From positions 1 to 31,883 of the forward strand of contig JBCDEZ010000012.1 of NCBI GenBank assembly GCA_039179045.1: a stretch of 31,883 nucleotides of DNA, given 5' to 3'. Both the position numbers and the translations under genes were made by a program. Numbering within the stretch: position 1 is the first letter of the stretch; each line of letters begins with the position of its first letter. Origin of the DNA: Chlamydiota bacterium. Its GTDB lineage: Bacteria > Chlamydiota > Chlamydiia > Chlamydiales > SM23-39. Of the stretch, positions 28,399-31,883 are shown piece by piece. The notes beneath the pieces are model-generated. The model made no database searches. It was not told the origin of the DNA and saw nothing but the letters and a program-made list of their open reading frames with translations.

Positions 28399-29458
28399 CA
28401 TCAGCTGATGAGGCAAGCGTGCACTCTTTTTCCTGTGCGGATCTGAGTTTGGCGTAGATCTGCTCTTCGAGGGTGTTTTGTAGCGCGGGTTGCTTTTTGA
28501 TCTCCTGGATCACCGCTTCTCTTCCCTGGCCGAGTCGTGTTCCTTCAAAAGCGAACCAGGCTCCCTTCTTTTCGATGATGCCTAGCTCAACACCCACGTC
28601 GAGAAGAGACCCTGCTCGGGAGATTCCCTCGCTGAAAAAGATATCAAATTTTGCCACGCCGAATGGAGGGGCCATCTTGTTTTTGACCACCTTGGCTGTG
28701 GCATGCACCCCTTTGATGCCACTACTGTCGAGAAGGCCTTCTTTTGTTTCGCCTTTCATCTTCTTGCTGCGGATCTCGATTCGTACAGAGGCGTAGAATT
28801 TAAGAGCCCTTCCCCCCGTTGTCGTTTCTGGATTCCCAAAGAGGACGCCGATTTTTTCCCGGATTTGGTTGATAAAAATCGCGCAGGTATTGCTGCGAGC
28901 CAAACTTGAGGTGAGTTTACGCAAAGCCTGTGACATCATACGCGCTTGCAACCCTACGTGCAGATCTCCAATTTCTCCATCCAATTCATTTTTGGGAACA
29001 AGAGCCGCCACCGAATCGATCACAATCACATCGACTGCGTTCGAGCGGGCAAGCATTTCTGCAATATTGAGCGCCTCTTCTCCCGAGGTGGGCTGCGCGA
29101 TCAGCAGTTCTTTGGTGTCCACACCGAGGTGTCTTGCGTAGTCAGGGTCCATAGCATGCTCTGCATCGATGTAGGCAGCCACGCCTCCTTGCTTTTGAGC
29201 GTTCGCAACAATGTGGGTGGCAAGAGTGGATTTGCCCGAAGATTCTGGACCGTAGATTTCAACGATTCTTCCTCTTGGCACTCCTCCAATGCCGAGTGCG
29301 AGATCGAGAGTCAGCGCTCCTGTGGAGATCACCGGCACTTTTTCTTGCACCATTCGAGCTCCCAAGGACATGATCGCCCCTTCTCCAAACTGCTGTTTGA
29401 TGTGTTGCACCACACGTTCGAGTGCTTGTTGTTTTCCCTCATTTCTCTGTTCTTTCAT
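28391..29458 (-). CDS. recA: Recombinase RecA
   Basis: [75 protein letters not shown]. Confidence 0.99.
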   Translation of the reverse strand: MKEQRNEGKQQALERVVQHIKQQFGEGAIMSLGARMVQEKVPVISTGALTLDLALGIGGVPRGRIVEIYGPESSGKSTLATHIVANAQKQGGVAAYIDAEHAMDPDYARHLGVDTKELLIAQPTSGEEALNIAEMLARSNAVDVIVIDSVAALVPKNELDGEIGDLHVGLQARMMSQALRKLTSSLARSNTCAIFINQIREKIGVLFGNPETTTGGRALKFYASVRIEIRSKKMKGETKEGLLDSSGIKGVHATAKVVKNKMAPPFGVAKFDIFFSEGISRAGSLLDVGVELGIIEKKGAWFAFEGTRLGQGREAVIQEIKKQPALQNTLEEQIYAKLRSAQEKECTLASSADVK

Positions 29459-29581
29459 AGCGTCTCCTTAACCTAAATCTGATCCTTGAACTCTGTCTGA
29501 GTCTACTCTTTTCCCGATTTTTACAAAACAGAGCTTGAGGCAGAATACCCTTTTTGCTTCAATGAGGGATGGGGGAGATCG

Positions 29582-30544
29582 ATGCAGATTCTAGCGGCAG
29601 ATATTGGGGGTACAAATACAAGGCTCGCTCTTTTTGAGGAACATGGAAGAGTCTTGAAGAGGAAAAAGACATTTGACTCGCGCGCCTACAAGAACCTTCT
29701 CACAATCGTAAACGAGTTTTTAGAGGGGGAACAACCTGACATCGCCTCATTAGGGATTGCAGGTCCTGTCGAGGGGAGCGTATGCAGAGCTACCAATCTC
29801 CCTTGGGTAGTCGATAGCAAGGAATTGGAGCGCTCTATCCCAATCGGGAAAGTGCACCTGATCAACGATTTGCTTGCCAATGCTTATGGGGTAGAGGTCC
29901 TCGAAAAAGAGGATTTTGCTTTTCTGCAAAAAGGAATACCTGAACAGGGCAACCGGGCATTGATCTCCCCAGGTACCGGCCTCGGTGAAGCCGGTATTGT
30001 TCTCGTAAATGGAGCTGCACATCCCTTTGCTTCAGAGGGAGGACATGCCGACTTTGCGCCCACCGATCCCTTGCAAGAAGAATTGCTCGCATTTCTCCGG
30101 AAAAAGTTTTCCTGCCACATTTCTTATGAAAGGGTTCTCTCTGGCCCGGGTCTTGCGCATATTTATACGTTCTTAGTGGAGGAGAAAGGGGAAAAAGGGG
30201 AGATGTCCCCTGCTATTGCCCAAAAAAATCCTCACGAGATTACCAAAAGAGCTACACAAAAAAAGTGCCCTTGTTGCGTCCTAGCTCTCAAGATCTTCCT
30301 TGCGATATACGGGGCAGAGGCAGGCAACCTCGCTCTGAAATTTCTCGCTCTTTCTGGGATCTACCTAGGAGGTGGCATCGTTCCTCATATCGTTCCCCAG
30401 CTTCGCGAGGGAACCTTCCTTGAACACTTCACCAACAAGGGGAGGTTTCGTCGGCTTCTCGAGAAAGTGCCCATCAAGGTAGTGCTCAATGATCAAGCAG
30501 CCCTTTTAGGAGCCTTTGCCTACGCGGTCAAGAGCTCTGCCTAG
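29582..30544 (+). CDS. glk: Glucokinase (E. coli Glk type)
   Basis: AADIGGTNTRLA, GIAGPV, ATNLPW, LINDL, PGTGLG, SEGGH, SYERVLSGPGL, GIYLGGGI, FTNKGRF. Confidence 0.95.
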   Translation: MQILAADIGGTNTRLALFEEHGRVLKRKKTFDSRAYKNLLTIVNEFLEGEQPDIASLGIAGPVEGSVCRATNLPWVVDSKELERSIPIGKVHLINDLLANAYGVEVLEKEDFAFLQKGIPEQGNRALISPGTGLGEAGIVLVNGAAHPFASEGGHADFAPTDPLQEELLAFLRKKFSCHISYERVLSGPGLAHIYTFLVEEKGEKGEMSPAIAQKNPHEITKRATQKKCPCCVLALKIFLAIYGAEAGNLALKFLALSGIYLGGGIVPHIVPQLREGTFLEHFTNKGRFRRLLEKVPIKVVLNDQAALLGAFAYAVKSSA

Positions 30545-30827
30545 CCTTACTGAAGCAGGGGTATGGGTCTTTTGCAATGTTGTTTGGATGGAAGAGCGTT
30601 CCCGCACTTCTCACCCCACCCATTTTCCCATTCTTCTAGGAAAAAACGCGCAGTTTTGCATTGTGAAAAACCATCTTTTTGGTGCATACTGAAGCTGTTT
30701 TCAAAGGGAGCGCTTGTGGTAATCAGAGAAATCCTCTTATTGAATTTTCCTGAATCTAAGATTGCTTCAGACATTTTTTCTGCTTCCCCGAGATTTTCCA
30801 TTTTTCACTACAAGGAGATGATTTTTC

Positions 30828-31685
30828 ATGAATGGGACGTGCTACCGGCGAGTCATCTCTCGGTTCTCTGCAGATGGAGCGCCTTGCTTTTGTGCTCCGA
30901 AATCTAGCCAGATAGATCCTTCCTTGGGAAAACGAGTAAGCGGCAGCGCTACTTTTCACTACAGTCTTTCTTCTCGCCTCTTTCCTTCTACTTCTTCCGA
31001 GAGGCGGAAATGGTTTTTAGACCATCTACACGGCTTATTCTCCCATCAAATGCCTTTTTCGCAAGCGTGGCAATCCATGGCTCGTTCTATGGAATTTCTT
31101 ATGTACATATCTTCTTGGAAAAACACTGAGAGTTACGGCGTGATTTTTCAGGCTACTTTAGTTGAAGAAGGGGACGATAGCACCGAAAGAACCTTGGGAT
31201 ACGTGGTCCATTACACAGCAAAAAATTCCGAGATCTTGAATCTTTTTCCCGTTTCATTGGATCCATCATTCATGATCAAACCGATTGTGGCGTTCGCTTG
31301 TTCTATTTTCCGAAGTGACTCGCACTACCCCTTCAGACGGATATATTTCGCATTGTACAACGATCTGAAGTGCATTGCCCACTTCCAAAGGGGCAAACAA
31401 GTGCAATATATTGCGCATCTTTTGTACTCAAAAAAGGCAATCGAGTTGCTGCAAAGGGTAGATTGCCTTTTGTTTGTTTGCACGAACCTGCCTATGCTGG
31501 TCACTTCCTATTCGCTTCCCCGCAGTCCTTCTCGTTCTCTAAAAACCAAGGAATGGGGCCTGTTCGGTAACAGGCAGGCGGGTGAAAATACCTCACCCAC
31601 AATCCTCAAGCTACTGGCACCTTCGAGAACTACGGATAGGAAAGAATCTGCAACCTCTTTTTTTCCAAAAACCGGTTCCTGCTAA
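30828..31685 (+). CDS. Hypothetical protein
   Basis: 285-aa open frame with no competing long ORF. No recognisable domain. Confidence 0.5.
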   Translation: MNGTCYRRVISRFSADGAPCFCAPKSSQIDPSLGKRVSGSATFHYSLSSRLFPSTSSERRKWFLDHLHGLFSHQMPFSQAWQSMARSMEFLMYISSWKNTESYGVIFQATLVEEGDDSTERTLGYVVHYTAKNSEILNLFPVSLDPSFMIKPIVAFACSIFRSDSHYPFRRIYFALYNDLKCIAHFQRGKQVQYIAHLLYSKKAIELLQRVDCLLFVCTNLPMLVTSYSLPRSPSRSLKTKEWGLFGNRQAGENTSPTILKLLAPSRTTDRKESATSFFPKTGSC

Positions 31686-31883
31686 TGGTACATGGAAATT
31701 CTTTTATAATGGTTTAAATGATACATTCTATTTTATTGATCATCCGGAAAAATTTTTTTAATTTTCATTTTATATTAAGATGAGATAATAAAAATTCAAT
31801 TTAAAAAAACTAAACATGACTGCTCTGGTCGCGTATCTGTTTAGGATGGGGGGAGTTTCTCGAGTGTGTTTTTTGAGTTCTAA

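Noticed and set aside
31816..31883. ATG-initiated frame open to the window end after an AT-rich tract
   Set aside because: Only 22 codons visible, so it cannot be assessed.

Overview
Chromosomal segment from an environmental (non-Chlamydiaceae) member of Chlamydiota. The assignment rests on chlamydia-specific genes (MOMP-like porin, CT623-like outer-membrane protein, thrS-parA-pGP6-D block, short GlmU-like gene next to ispA) together with a glucokinase. The backbone holds recC-recB-recD, an LplT/YgeD-like MFS, thrS, parA, pGP6-D, tRNA-Pro(GGG), ung, a DHA1 MFS, a GlmU-like gene, ispA, recA and glk. Two signals stand out. First, an accessory locus at 15.2-19.1 kb looks like a chlamydial polymorphic toxin system: a signal-peptide/TM/TPR carrier with an AT-rich toxin-like tip, a tightly coupled immunity-like gene, a diverged orphan fragment of a second tip, and a signal-peptide-bearing PhyH-family dioxygenase. 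Second, a ~280-bp intergenic region at 26.6-26.9 kb has clustered DnaA-box-like motifs and trinucleotide repeats and is a good oriC candidate. The left end has a 5'-truncated ankyrin-repeat gene followed by decayed ORF fragments. All family assignments come from recalled motifs, not database searches.
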